Source of the DNA: a virus
Virus record (IMG/VR): IMGVR_UViG_3300028831_000229
Span: 53,942 to 117,941 of that record
Reading direction: 5' to 3' (one strand)
Length of the DNA: 64,000 nucleotides
Shown here: one piece after another, positions 44,201 to 52,527 of the stretch
Layout of the letters: the number at the start of each line of letters is the position of its first letter
Position numbering within the stretch: the first letter of the stretch is position 1
The notes under the pieces: model-generated
Seen by the model: only the letters and a program-made list of their open reading frames with translations
Databases searched by the model: none
What the model was told of the DNA's origin: nothing
Translations under genes and position numbers: made by a program

Positions 44201-46363
44201 GTGCGTGGTGGTCTGCGCGACTCGCTGCGGCGGCAGTCTGAGATCACGCCGGAGCTGTTCGACCCGTCGTACAAAGGGGGCTCGCCGAAGATCGAGAAGT
44301 TCGTCGCCGACGCAGTGAAGCACTTCAAGGGTGGTGGTGGTACGCAGGACAAGCCGTTGGTGATGTTCTCGTCGTTGCCTGGCAAGGCGTTCCCCATCGT
44401 GAAGCGCGAGCTGGTGAAGGCCGGCATCGATCCGTCGCTCATCGGAGAGATCCACGGTGGCAAGAGCGCTCGTGAGCGTGCGTTCGAGCAGGACATGACG
44501 AACGCCGGCAAGCGCAAGATCCTGCTCGTCGGCACCAAAAGCGGTGGCGCTGGCCTCAACCTCCAGAAGAAGGCGAACCGCGTGATGTACCTCGACCAGC
44601 CGATGGACCCGGCGTCGAAGCGCCAGGCGGTTGGTCGCGTGTGGCGTCCTGGTCAGCGCGACACGGTGCTGGAGTCGAATTACACGTTCACGTCGCCGTA
44701 CGGTGAGAGCTGGGACGAGAAGTCGAAGCGTCGGCTTGGCGCCAAGCAGGCGCTCGTCACGGCGATGATGGGGGACATGGACATGCAGTCACTCGACTTC
44801 ACGCAGGCGGCGAACGACGCGCTCGGTGGTCTCGGCATCAAGCCGGAGCCGCAGCGCGAGCCGCAGAAGCCGTGGGGCAACAGCGGCAAGAAGAAGAAGC
44901 GCATCATCGGCGGTCAGAACGACAACGATCCGGACAACCTCATCGACGACGAGGAGGCGGACGTCTCGTCCATGAAAATCTCGCCGGAGGTCGAAGCGCT
45001 TGCACGTCGCATGCGTCCCGAGAAGCTCATGCGTGATCCGGAGGAGGAGTTCGAGGAGGACGACGACGCGCCGACGCTCGAGGAGATGCTCAACCCCAAG
45101 ACGCACGAGAACCTCATCAGCGAAGCGAAGGGTCTCGCACAGAAGATGAACGTGGGCGAGGAGCAGCGTCTGTGGGATCGCGCGTTCGACATGAACGCGA
45201 TGCCGATCAAGTGGCGCACGCAGGAGGTGCTGCTCCAGAGCGCGAAGAACACCAAGCAGCGTGAAGAGGCGAAGGCCGGCGCTGACCGTCTCGCTGCGCA
45301 GTGCCTCGGGTGGTACCGTGACCTCGGCAAGGAAGCGGCTGTCGCTCAGAAGCAAGGCCACACCGACGTCGCGAAGAAGCTGATCGCGCAGGCTGAGAAG
45401 TTCCGCAACGACATGCCGGACGCGTTCAAGCAGTACAAGGATCCGAAGGATGCTGTTGCCGCGCTGAGTGCGAAGGCGACGGGTGCGGAGCCGCCACCGA
45501 AGAAGAGTGCGCAGGAGATCAAGATTGAGACACAGGCGAAGAACGTCAAGCTCGCCAAGGAGCAGGAGGCGCTCGTCAGCGAGTCCGGTGTCGAGCCCAA
45601 GAAGGGCGAGCACATCACCAGCGCGAAGAAGGATCCGGCGAGTGGCCAGATCGTCGTCAACCTCCGCTCGGCAACCGGCTCGCGTGAGGTGAAGGTGCCT
45701 GGCAAGGTGCAAGAAGCGAAGGACGTGTTGTCCGATCTCGACAAGCAGACCGGCGGGAAGCCGGCCAAGGGCGCAGTCTCGCTTGCGAAGAAGTCACCGT
45801 TTGAGGCAGACTCGCACGACCACAAGATCTTCACGCTCCTTCAGAAGAAGGGCGTGACGACGGAAGAAGAAGCGAAGGAAGCGATGAAGCCGTACCTGGC
45901 GAAGCTCGGTGTGAAGAAGAACGAGCTGGACAAGTGGGCTTCGACGATGCTCAAGCACTTCAAGGGTGCTGGTGCGTTCGACAAGGCGTCTGCTCCGAAG
46001 GCCGAGGCATCTGCTCCGAAGGCCGAGGCCAAGCCTGCGACGAAGGAAAGCGCGTCGCTCGTGGGCGCCGACGACGCGAAGCTTGGTGCTGCTGTGCAAG
46101 AAGCAGCCGACAATGCGCCGTCGTCGCACGGCTTTGGCGACGACAAGGTGTTCGTCCATCGGCTCTACGAGAAGCTGAAGGGAAGGCTCGGCACCATGAC
46201 GATGGACCAGTTCAAGCGGAAGCTCGTCGACCTGAATCGCCAGCGTCACGTCACTCTGTCTCGCGCTGATGTGGTCGGTGCGATGGACAAGGACGACGTC
46301 AAGAACTCGACCATCGAGGACAGGGGCGCTACGTTCAACTTCATCAATCGCAAGAGGAGCTAA
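41222..46363 (+). CDS. 1713-aa polyvalent protein with SNF2-family helicase/ATPase
   Basis: HQRQGINW, LAFDAGMGKT (I), FIDEVH (II), MTATP (III), GGAGLNLQ (V), QAVGRVWRPGQ (VI). Confidence 0.92.
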   Translation: MNLDDLFGGVILGGTTLVKAQVITPVRAARLPALRDLTAKLEALYDERLSLMMEDIDRVLANADARKALGLYVVDGGLSGGSDLRKAVLHEVQQPQFINDLFKAAPKTVPTRVGGNKSDQGTAQKFEHGTYSTHQTPKGKTQLTFRSHTGVTEDLGQHGDPKAVESAQSKHLASHGYAPTGKKVGRPSTGQKAERKEVTQATAGSRGGKYYVTASGKIRYGTKPQGEFAREADPSEIAQHLSHYRPLPFMGTNGNDAKLIKHLMDNGEELGFSDTDIQFLSLWYGAHDKKTGSFKGGTLFRDFRDMFKDSKTKKDGLTDDMLADDLSKLKLNVDGQSMSYQEAVMEFMKLQFWEGDKTKSEDERATYFHETIQPLMDDLFDKYEKTKTNPEVLKHMEDIGKHIEQTRYKFFFNAAQHDDAMKDLDEKLRQEPDPTKMTTDALAAMSALDMLFIPKEGERQVGRGAGHLKGVVSPNATLLDDEENPLLAEPHRLSTLNNSQLQMLYVASQLNGMWDGEQRKYDATSTMHSKLGDEALKRLARKAGTDSTQLSLVRKQLDESVKTIAQQLNDANTGKNPLLKKFIEHGADVLNDSTAADKIRSDMADLEELRTKALEAQKNDEFELPKSMADGRLGAVHQKTPLPHQLYTNDKGEQQAYGMFKHQRQGINWMLAAKRGVLAFDAGMGKTPTVITFLEHLRETGKMKEGEQAMIFLPPSVMNQWPKEINDYAPGVKNDEVLNLAGLSLAQRKEVLKSDVAKQAKYILVSTGTLNGGGEKEGADIAGGDFDDGVVNDGTGGTDDEMTELLKSIQGPVFIDEVHTGGFKEAGTVRHEIAKKVMDGREYSFGMTATPMPNGPSDLFHLGNLFAPGKIGTADEWAGATHGVQWNDGEARWEVGNPEGLQEMRDKVRPFVFHKLITDPEVVKDVGSLLGEKHEDPDLMKIQPSDDHPIWEYHKPGGKVDQLAQALFSRMVQEAEEAGDDDRLERLNKSAGFVRGGLRDSLRRQSEITPELFDPSYKGGSPKIEKFVADAVKHFKGGGGTQDKPLVMFSSLPGKAFPIVKRELVKAGIDPSLIGEIHGGKSARERAFEQDMTNAGKRKILLVGTKSGGAGLNLQKKANRVMYLDQPMDPASKRQAVGRVWRPGQRDTVLESNYTFTSPYGESWDEKSKRRLGAKQALVTAMMGDMDMQSLDFTQAANDALGGLGIKPEPQREPQKPWGNSGKKKKRIIGGQNDNDPDNLIDDEEADVSSMKISPEVEALARRMRPEKLMRDPEEEFEEDDDAPTLEEMLNPKTHENLISEAKGLAQKMNVGEEQRLWDRAFDMNAMPIKWRTQEVLLQSAKNTKQREEAKAGADRLAAQCLGWYRDLGKEAAVAQKQGHTDVAKKLIAQAEKFRNDMPDAFKQYKDPKDAVAALSAKATGAEPPPKKSAQEIKIETQAKNVKLAKEQEALVSESGVEPKKGEHITSAKKDPASGQIVVNLRSATGSREVKVPGKVQEAKDVLSDLDKQTGGKPAKGAVSLAKKSPFEADSHDHKIFTLLQKKGVTTEEEAKEAMKPYLAKLGVKKNELDKWASTMLKHFKGAGAFDKASAPKAEASAPKAEAKPATKESASLVGADDAKLGAAVQEAADNAPSSHGFGDDKVFVHRLYEKLKGRLGTMTMDQFKRKLVDLNRQRHVTLSRADVVGAMDKDDVKNSTIEDRGATFNFINRKRS

Positions 46364-46366
46364 GCC

Positions 46367-46777
46367 GTGGCACACGAACTCGACAACCACTACATCTTCG
46401 AGACCGTCAAGGCGAAGAACAGCAAGAGCGGGAAGGCTCTGAAGGTGACCACGCCGAGTGACGCCGTGCGCATCCACAGCAAAGGGGAGCTGCTCGCTCA
46501 GCTGGAGCACTACTCGCGTCCGTTCATCAAGCACACGGTGCAGCCGAACACGCCGTTCGCGCGGAAGCACTACGTCGAGAAGATCCGGCCGGCGCTGCGC
46601 TTCTACTGCAAGAAGTTCGGGGTGAAGGTGCCGCAGTGGCTCGAGAACGACGACTACTTCAAGAACCTCGATGACGATCAGAAGCGCGACCTCTTCGGTA
46701 CCACGGAGCTGTCGTTCCGCGAGTTCATGCCGGCGAGCAAGTTCGGCAGCGCCGCGGTCGAGCAGGAGCAGGGGTAA
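46367..46777 (+). CDS. hypothetical protein
   Basis: GAGGAG RBS, GTG start, TAATG overlap. Confidence 0.75.
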   Translation: MAHELDNHYIFETVKAKNSKSGKALKVTTPSDAVRIHSKGELLAQLEHYSRPFIKHTVQPNTPFARKHYVEKIRPALRFYCKKFGVKVPQWLENDDYFKNLDDDQKRDLFGTTELSFREFMPASKFGSAAVEQEQG

Positions 46778-47730
46778 TGGCGGCGAAGCTCCTCACCGAC
46801 AAGCAGCGGCGTGCGGTCCAGCGCGCGATCAACGATCACCATCTCGCCTTCATGGCGGAGGTGCTCGGTCCGTCGGCCATCTCGGAGGAGGACTACAAGC
46901 GGCTCAAGGCCGCGGGCAAGATCCGCAACTCGACACCGCTCGTCACGGACGCGGCTACCGCGGCGCACATCCTCGGCGTGGTCACGCACGGCATGGCGAG
47001 CAAGGATGCCGAGAAGCTCAGCGCTGGCACGTTCTGGGAGATGGTGCGCGAGCAACCGCACGTGATGTCGCAGACGGAGCGCGAGGCGGTCGCCATCACG
47101 CGTGAACGCGTCGGCGAGCACATCAAGGGCCTCGGCAACAAGCTCGACACGGCGACCGGCCACATCATCGTGGACGCGAACGACAAGCTGCGCCGGCAGA
47201 ACCTCGGCAAGGTCCGCGAGGCGGTAGCCGCAGGCACGGCTTCACGTGAGAACGCGCAGCAGATCGCGCAGCGCATCCGCACGGCAACCGGAGATGTGAA
47301 GCGCGACTGGGCGAAGATCGCGCAGACCGAGATGCACAACGCGTCCGAGGAAGCGAAGGCTGTAGCGTTGATCGAGCAGCACGGTGGCGATCCTCTCGTG
47401 TACAAGCGCACGCGACCGGACGCCTGCCCGTTCTGCAAGCTGCTCTACATGGACGGCAACAAGCCGCGCGTGTTCCGTCTGAGCGATCTGCAAGCGAACG
47501 GCACCAACGTCGGACGCAAGGCCAACCGTCCACGGCTGTCGGGCTCGAACGCTACCGAGTACAAGGCGGTGCTCGGTGCGATGCATCCGTGGTGTCAATG
47601 CACGCTCCACCATCTGCCGGAAGGCATGGCGTTCAACGCGGACGGCCAGCTCACCTACGTCGGCACCAAGAAGTCGATGCTGACCGTCGAGTCGCTCGAC
47701 CGGGCTCTTCTCAACCACGAGTGCGAGTGA
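46777..47730 (+). CDS. MuF/SPP1 gp7-like minor head protein
   Basis: RDWAKIAQTEMHNA, DACPFC, MHPWCQCTL. Confidence 0.85.
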   Translation: MAAKLLTDKQRRAVQRAINDHHLAFMAEVLGPSAISEEDYKRLKAAGKIRNSTPLVTDAATAAHILGVVTHGMASKDAEKLSAGTFWEMVREQPHVMSQTEREAVAITRERVGEHIKGLGNKLDTATGHIIVDANDKLRRQNLGKVREAVAAGTASRENAQQIAQRIRTATGDVKRDWAKIAQTEMHNASEEAKAVALIEQHGGDPLVYKRTRPDACPFCKLLYMDGNKPRVFRLSDLQANGTNVGRKANRPRLSGSNATEYKAVLGAMHPWCQCTLHHLPEGMAFNADGQLTYVGTKKSMLTVESLDRALLNHECE

Positions 47731-47731
47731 C

Positions 47732-48601
47732 ATGAAGAGCGCGTTCGCCAAGATCGTCACCGAGACCAAGCCGGTCTCTGTGAAGCCGCTGAAGAAGGGC
47801 ATCAGTGGTGCGCTGCTGGCGACCTACCGCGGCGGTCTTCGCGCCGTGCTCAAGCTCGCCAAGGAGAAGCTACCGAACGGCAACAAGCGTCAGCGCGGAC
47901 TGCCGGTCATCACGCAGCCGCAGCGCGAGGTCGCGTTCTACGAGCTGGCGGTCTACCTCGGCAAGGACTACGAAGCGCTGGTGCCGGAGACGGTGCTCAC
48001 GCACTACAACGGCACGGTGGCGAGCGCGCAGCTCTACCTGCCTGGCGCGATGAACCTCCACGACATCAACCCGAAGCTGGTCGACCTGCGTGGCTCGAAC
48101 CGCTGGCGCGACGAGCTGAAGGCGACCGCGTTGAAGGTGCCCAAGCCGTTCTGGCGCAAGCTGCTGGCGCTCGACATCCTCGCAGGCGCGCGCGACCGGC
48201 ACGCGCATAACGTCGGCGTGACGATGCACCTCAAGGACAACAAGCCGACGTTCCGGCTGCACGCCTGGGATAACGCCTGCACCTTCGGCTTGACCTTCAA
48301 GCGCTACCACAACGTTTTCCACAAGTACATCTTCCGCGACTACGTCAACTTCGACGACGTGTGGCCGGTTTGGGACACCATCACGCTCGACGGGTTGACC
48401 GGCGCCATCGGACCTTACCTCGAGCCGGCCGAGGTCACCGACACGTTCCTCCGCTGCCAGTTCTTTCAGGACTACCCGTACCGGCTGCCGTGGCGCGTCG
48501 TCAGCGAGGGCAAGGACCGCTCGAGGGACTTCCCCGACTACGCGGCCTACTTCAAGCCGGTCCTGGAGCAACCCCAGCATCTCGTGGCGTTGTCCGCGTA
48601 A
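47732..48601 (+). CDS. PI3/4-kinase-like (HipA/CtkA-like) protein kinase
   Basis: GISG..., AVLK, REVAFY, LVPETV, SAQLY, DIL....DRHAHN, WDNA..FG. Confidence 0.8.
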   Translation: MKSAFAKIVTETKPVSVKPLKKGISGALLATYRGGLRAVLKLAKEKLPNGNKRQRGLPVITQPQREVAFYELAVYLGKDYEALVPETVLTHYNGTVASAQLYLPGAMNLHDINPKLVDLRGSNRWRDELKATALKVPKPFWRKLLALDILAGARDRHAHNVGVTMHLKDNKPTFRLHAWDNACTFGLTFKRYHNVFHKYIFRDYVNFDDVWPVWDTITLDGLTGAIGPYLEPAEVTDTFLRCQFFQDYPYRLPWRVVSEGKDRSRDFPDYAAYFKPVLEQPQHLVALSA

Positions 48602-48637
48602 CCTGTGTATATTCAAACCCAGCAGTGAGGGCATCCG

Positions 48638-49348
48638 ATGCATGAACAAGTAGAGCGGCTCCTGGAGGAGGACGACTTCTCCATGTACGTGCCGGGTACT
48701 GCGACCAGCGGCTTCGAGGTGCTCTACAAGAGCGGCTCGAAGGAGGACATCGAGCAGACACGACCGATCGGCGGCTACTGCTCGACCGAGACGCTCGATC
48801 GGCAGGAAGAGGTCGTGGTAGCGAAGGGGCTCGACTTCAGCGAGTTCGTGGCGTGGGGGTGGTTCAACGACAACCACAAGCAAGGCACCAGCGAGGTGCT
48901 TGGCTATCCGAAGCTCGCGCGGCTGGTGAAGGGCAACCGCTGGTGGACGGAAGGCAACCTCCTTCACGGCTACTCGAACTCCGACAAGATCTGGGAGTTG
49001 GCCAAGGCGCTCAAGAAGAGCGGTGCGCCACGCAAGCTCGGCTTCTCGATCGAAGGCAAGGTCCGTGAGCGCGACGGCGGCAACCGCATCGTTCGCGCCA
49101 CGGTGCGGAACGTCGCCATCACCAACTGCCCGGTGAACACCGACTGTTCCTGGGACATCATGTCGAAGGCGTTCGCGCCGATCGACATCGTCGAGCGCGC
49201 TCAGCGCAAGGCGATGCACAAGAGCACCGAGTACGTCAGGCAGACCGCGTACTCGTTCAACGAGGCTGTGGAGAAGGTTCGCAGGATGCGACCGCACCTC
49301 AGCAAGTCAACCTGTCAGCGCATCGTACGCCTGGCGATGCACCGCTAG
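48638..49348 (+). CDS. prohead protease
   Basis: GYCST...DRQEEVV...GLDF, WFNDNH, LGFSIEG, VAIT..PVN; position before scaffold and capsid. Confidence 0.9.
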   Translation: MHEQVERLLEEDDFSMYVPGTATSGFEVLYKSGSKEDIEQTRPIGGYCSTETLDRQEEVVVAKGLDFSEFVAWGWFNDNHKQGTSEVLGYPKLARLVKGNRWWTEGNLLHGYSNSDKIWELAKALKKSGAPRKLGFSIEGKVRERDGGNRIVRATVRNVAITNCPVNTDCSWDIMSKAFAPIDIVERAQRKAMHKSTEYVRQTAYSFNEAVEKVRRMRPHLSKSTCQRIVRLAMHR

Positions 49349-49362
49349 AAAGGAACCCATCC

Positions 49363-49689
49363 ATGCCTGCGTTTCCCGCTCAGCAGTTCCGAGACATCAA
49401 CAACTCCGGGTTTCATCGGGGCGCTGTCTCGGTGACCGGCACCAAGGTCGTCGACCTTGGCATCGGCCACAACAACTTCAATGTCCACCTCGATCTGTTG
49501 TCGAACCTGGCAGCGGACGCGAACGCCGCCTCGAACATCTCGTGGAACTACCACCCGACGATCAAGGGTGCGTTCGTCATCTCCGCGTGGAAAGCGACCG
49601 CGGCCGGTACCACCACGCTCATCGCGGCGACCGCCGCCGTCAACATCTCGTTCATCGCCATCGCCGGTGCGTCTCAGATCGGCGGGTAG
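49363..49689 (+). CDS. small virion protein (possible head decoration)
   Basis: Ala/Thr/Ile-rich beta protein in the head operon. Confidence 0.6.
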   Translation: MPAFPAQQFRDINNSGFHRGAVSVTGTKVVDLGIGHNNFNVHLDLLSNLAADANAASNISWNYHPTIKGAFVISAWKATAAGTTTLIAATAAVNISFIAIAGASQIGG

Positions 49690-49720
49690 CCTCAGCAACA
49701 CCTAGCAAGGAGAAGAAGCA

Positions 49721-50095
49721 ATGCAGAAGCCGAACCTTCCGATCAACATGTTCGAGAACCGGAACGTCGTGAAGGTGCTCCAGGGCGCCTCGTTCCAGAT
49801 CCCGGACAGCACCACCGGTCCGTCGCCGGCCGGCATCAGCTCCGGCCTCTCGCCGGCCACCATCCTCGACTCGCGGCGCGTGAGCGTCGGCGGTCAGCTC
49901 GTCACGTCGTTCAGCGACACCGCTGGCAACGCGGTCGTGGACGTCGCCGCGGAGCTGCGCCCCGGTGATACCGTCGCGGTCAGCGCTGCCGGCGCCACGT
50001 GCGTCTGCACCGTCACCTCGCTCAGCGGCACGGTGCGGACCTTCGGTCCGATCCCGTCGACGGCCGTCGCTGGCGTCATCCTGGTCTGGGGCTAA
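49721..50095 (+). CDS. small virion protein (possible head decoration)
   Basis: AAGGAG RBS; Ser/Thr/Val-rich. Confidence 0.6.
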   Translation: MQKPNLPINMFENRNVVKVLQGASFQIPDSTTGPSPAGISSGLSPATILDSRRVSVGGQLVTSFSDTAGNAVVDVAAELRPGDTVAVSAAGATCVCTVTSLSGTVRTFGPIPSTAVAGVILVWG

Positions 50096-50125
50096 CCCAG
50101 GAGCTGCCACCCACGGAGGAACACC

Positions 50126-51019
50126 ATGAAGAAGAACAAGATGAAGAAGGGCGGCAAGGCCGTCGTCAGCGAAGAGGCGCTGCTGAAGAGCCTCAACGAG
50201 CTGGAGGAGGCGGTCCTCAAGGGTGGCGACGAGCTGCTCGACCAGGATCCCGAAGGTGGTCTCTCCACCGAAGGCGAGCCGCTCTCGAAGAAGGCTCCCA
50301 AGGGCAAGGCCGACGTCGCGAAGGCGGACGACGGCTCCTCGGACGATGCCTCGGACGACGAGGACGACGTCAACAAGGGCGCCGACATGTCCGACGACGA
50401 GTCCGAGGAGGACGACGGCTCCGGCGACGGTGACGGCGACGACATGTCCGACGACGAGTCCGAGGAGAAGCCGCCGATGCCGATGAAGAAGGGCAAGAAG
50501 GGCATGTCGAAGTCTCTGCGCGAGCGCGCCGACGAAGGCGAGACCACCGCGAAGGCGATCGAGGTCTCGGACTTCATCGAGTCGATGATCGACCAGGCGA
50601 GCGACGCCTACGCCGATCTCCAGAAGGCGTTCTCCGACGAGGTCGCCTCGCTCGAAGGGCGTCTCGAGAAGAGCGAGGCGTACCAGCGCAACTTCAACGG
50701 CCGGCTCGCCAAGGGCCTCGTCGACATCGGCAAGATGCTCGTCGACACCAACAAGCTCATCAAGTCGCTGGTCAACTCGCCGAACCCGCAGATGCGCAAG
50801 AGCATCCTGTCGGCCGACGAGATCCAGGAGCCGTCGCGCGGCGGCGGTGGCGGCGACGAGACGCAGCTGCACCCGGCGAAGGTCGCCGAGTGGCTGTTCA
50901 ACAAGTCGATGGCCGGCGAGATCGACTCGCTGCTCGTCACGCAGTACGAAGTTCACCGCAACATCGAGGCGCTGCCCGTTCAGGTGCGCAAGGCCCTCGT
51001 CAACGACCTCCGCAAGTAG
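50126..51019 (+). CDS. capsid scaffolding protein
   Basis: Acidic and coiled-coil, directly before the capsid gene, about 15 K-[S/A/G] motifs. Confidence 0.8.
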   Translation: MKKNKMKKGGKAVVSEEALLKSLNELEEAVLKGGDELLDQDPEGGLSTEGEPLSKKAPKGKADVAKADDGSSDDASDDEDDVNKGADMSDDESEEDDGSGDGDGDDMSDDESEEKPPMPMKKGKKGMSKSLRERADEGETTAKAIEVSDFIESMIDQASDAYADLQKAFSDEVASLEGRLEKSEAYQRNFNGRLAKGLVDIGKMLVDTNKLIKSLVNSPNPQMRKSILSADEIQEPSRGGGGGDETQLHPAKVAEWLFNKSMAGEIDSLLVTQYEVHRNIEALPVQVRKALVNDLRK

Positions 51020-51040
51020 GTCAGGAAGGAGACAAGGAAC

Positions 51041-52450
51041 ATGACCCGTATCATCGGAATGCAGGACTACGAGGGCTTCGCTGGCTTCCACGGTTTCGCG
51101 CAGGCGACCGAGTCGGACGTCGAGGCTCTGAACAAGGCGCTCGCCGCCGGCTACCAGGCGCCGCGCGCGGATGGTGGTGGTGCTCTCCGCGTCGAGTCGC
51201 TGGAGCAGACCATGCGCATCCTCACGTTCAACCAGCAGCACATCCAGTTCTGGCGGGACTTCCCGAAGCTGCCGGCCTACTCGACGGTCGAGGAGTACAA
51301 CGTCCAGACGTCGTACGGCATGGACAACGGCGGCTTCACCCGCGAGGGCGAGCTGCCGCAGGTCCAGGACGCCGGCTACCAGCGCAAGTCGGCGCTGGTG
51401 AAGTTCCTCACCACGCAGCGCGAGGTCACGCACGTGCAGACGCTGGTCAAGCCGGCGCACGGCAACCAGATCGCGCTCGAGACGACCAACGGCGCGATCT
51501 GGATCCTCCAGCAGATGGAGCAGGCGCTGTTCCGCGGCAACAGCGACATCATCCCGGAGTCGTTCGACGGCGTGTACACGCAGATCGTCGGTGATCCCGA
51601 CGCGCTCGCCACGAACGTGCTCGATCTCCGCGGCGGTGTCCTCACCGAGGACCGCATCGAGGAGGCCAGCAACCTCGTGATCGAGGGCTTCGGCGTCCCG
51701 TCCGACCTGTACGCGGCGCCGCGCGCGCTGAGCGACATGGTCAAGACGATGTACCCGCGCGAGCGCGTCGGTCTGCCGGCGCCGGTCAACGGTCGCATCG
51801 GCATGGCGGTGTCCGAGGTGCAGACCCAGGCCGGCGTGGTCCGTCTCAAGGCGAACCAGTTCCTGCGCGCCGGTGGCATCGGCAAGACCACGGCTCCGGT
51901 CTCGCAGACCGCGCCGCGCGCTCCGAACGCGCCGACCATCGCGGTCGCCGACCCCGGCGCCACCGCGGGCTCGCTGTTCACCGCGGCGGACGTCGGCACG
52001 TTCCGCTACCGCGTCACCGCGGTCAACCGCTTCGGCGAGTCCGCGGCGTCCGCGTCCTCGGCGCAGGCGATCGCGGCGGCGGGCGAGTCCGTCAACGTGA
52101 CCATCACCGACGGCGGTGGTGGCGACACGGCGACCGGCTACCGCGTCTACCGCTCGGCGGTCGGCGGCGCGGCCGGTACCGAGAAGCTCATCGGCGAGAT
52201 CAAGCGCGCCGCGTCGGGCACCACGCTCTACGCGGACCTCAACGCCGATCTGCCGGCGACCTCGCGCGCGTTCATGATGCAGATGAACCTCCAGGCGGTG
52301 AGCTTCCGCCAGCTCGCGCCGATGCTGAAGATCCCGCTCGCCACGATCGCGCTGTCGATCCGGTGGGCGCAGGTGCTGTACGGCATGCCGATCGTCTACC
52401 AGCCGCGCAAGCACGTCATCTTCAAGAACTGCTACGACCGCGTGGCGTAG
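51041..52450 (+). CDS. major capsid protein (SPO1/Twort-like) with FN3-like insertion
   Basis: LNKALAAGY...GGALRVESLEQTM, STVEEY, REG, E.ALFRGN, FDG, DLRG, YRVTAVN..GES, LAPMLKIPLA. Confidence 0.95.
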   Translation: MTRIIGMQDYEGFAGFHGFAQATESDVEALNKALAAGYQAPRADGGGALRVESLEQTMRILTFNQQHIQFWRDFPKLPAYSTVEEYNVQTSYGMDNGGFTREGELPQVQDAGYQRKSALVKFLTTQREVTHVQTLVKPAHGNQIALETTNGAIWILQQMEQALFRGNSDIIPESFDGVYTQIVGDPDALATNVLDLRGGVLTEDRIEEASNLVIEGFGVPSDLYAAPRALSDMVKTMYPRERVGLPAPVNGRIGMAVSEVQTQAGVVRLKANQFLRAGGIGKTTAPVSQTAPRAPNAPTIAVADPGATAGSLFTAADVGTFRYRVTAVNRFGESAASASSAQAIAAAGESVNVTITDGGGGDTATGYRVYRSAVGGAAGTEKLIGEIKRAASGTTLYADLNADLPATSRAFMMQMNLQAVSFRQLAPMLKIPLATIALSIRWAQVLYGMPIVYQPRKHVIFKNCYDRVA

Positions 52451-52475
52451 CAGGTGCAGCTGACCTGAACCCGTG

Positions 52476-52513
52476 AGGGGAGCGGGAACATCTCCCGCTC
52501 CCCTTTGTCTTTT
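52476..52513 (+). terminator. intrinsic terminator after capsid gene
   Basis: AGGGGAGCGGGA-N5-TCCCGCTCCCCT followed by TTGTCTTTT. Confidence 0.88.
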
Positions 52514-52527
52514 CAAGGAGAAGAGAA

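Noticed and set aside
33568-46363. Inteins as explanation for the giant ORFs
   Set aside because: No C/S...HN-C/S/T splice junctions or LAGLIDADG motifs noticed; topo IB and SNF2 motifs are contiguous.
50384-50467. 27-bp direct repeat in the scaffold gene (and a ~21-bp tandem repeat near 45989-46029)
   Set aside because: In-frame low-complexity coding duplications; only two copies, so not CRISPR or iterons.
49652-52516. Long minus-strand ORFs (954 aa here; also 41960-44455, 56284-59091, 30746-32827, 36079-38157)
   Set aside because: Antisense shadows of GC-rich, codon-biased plus-strand genes; Arg/Leu/Val-rich translations with no recognisable motifs.
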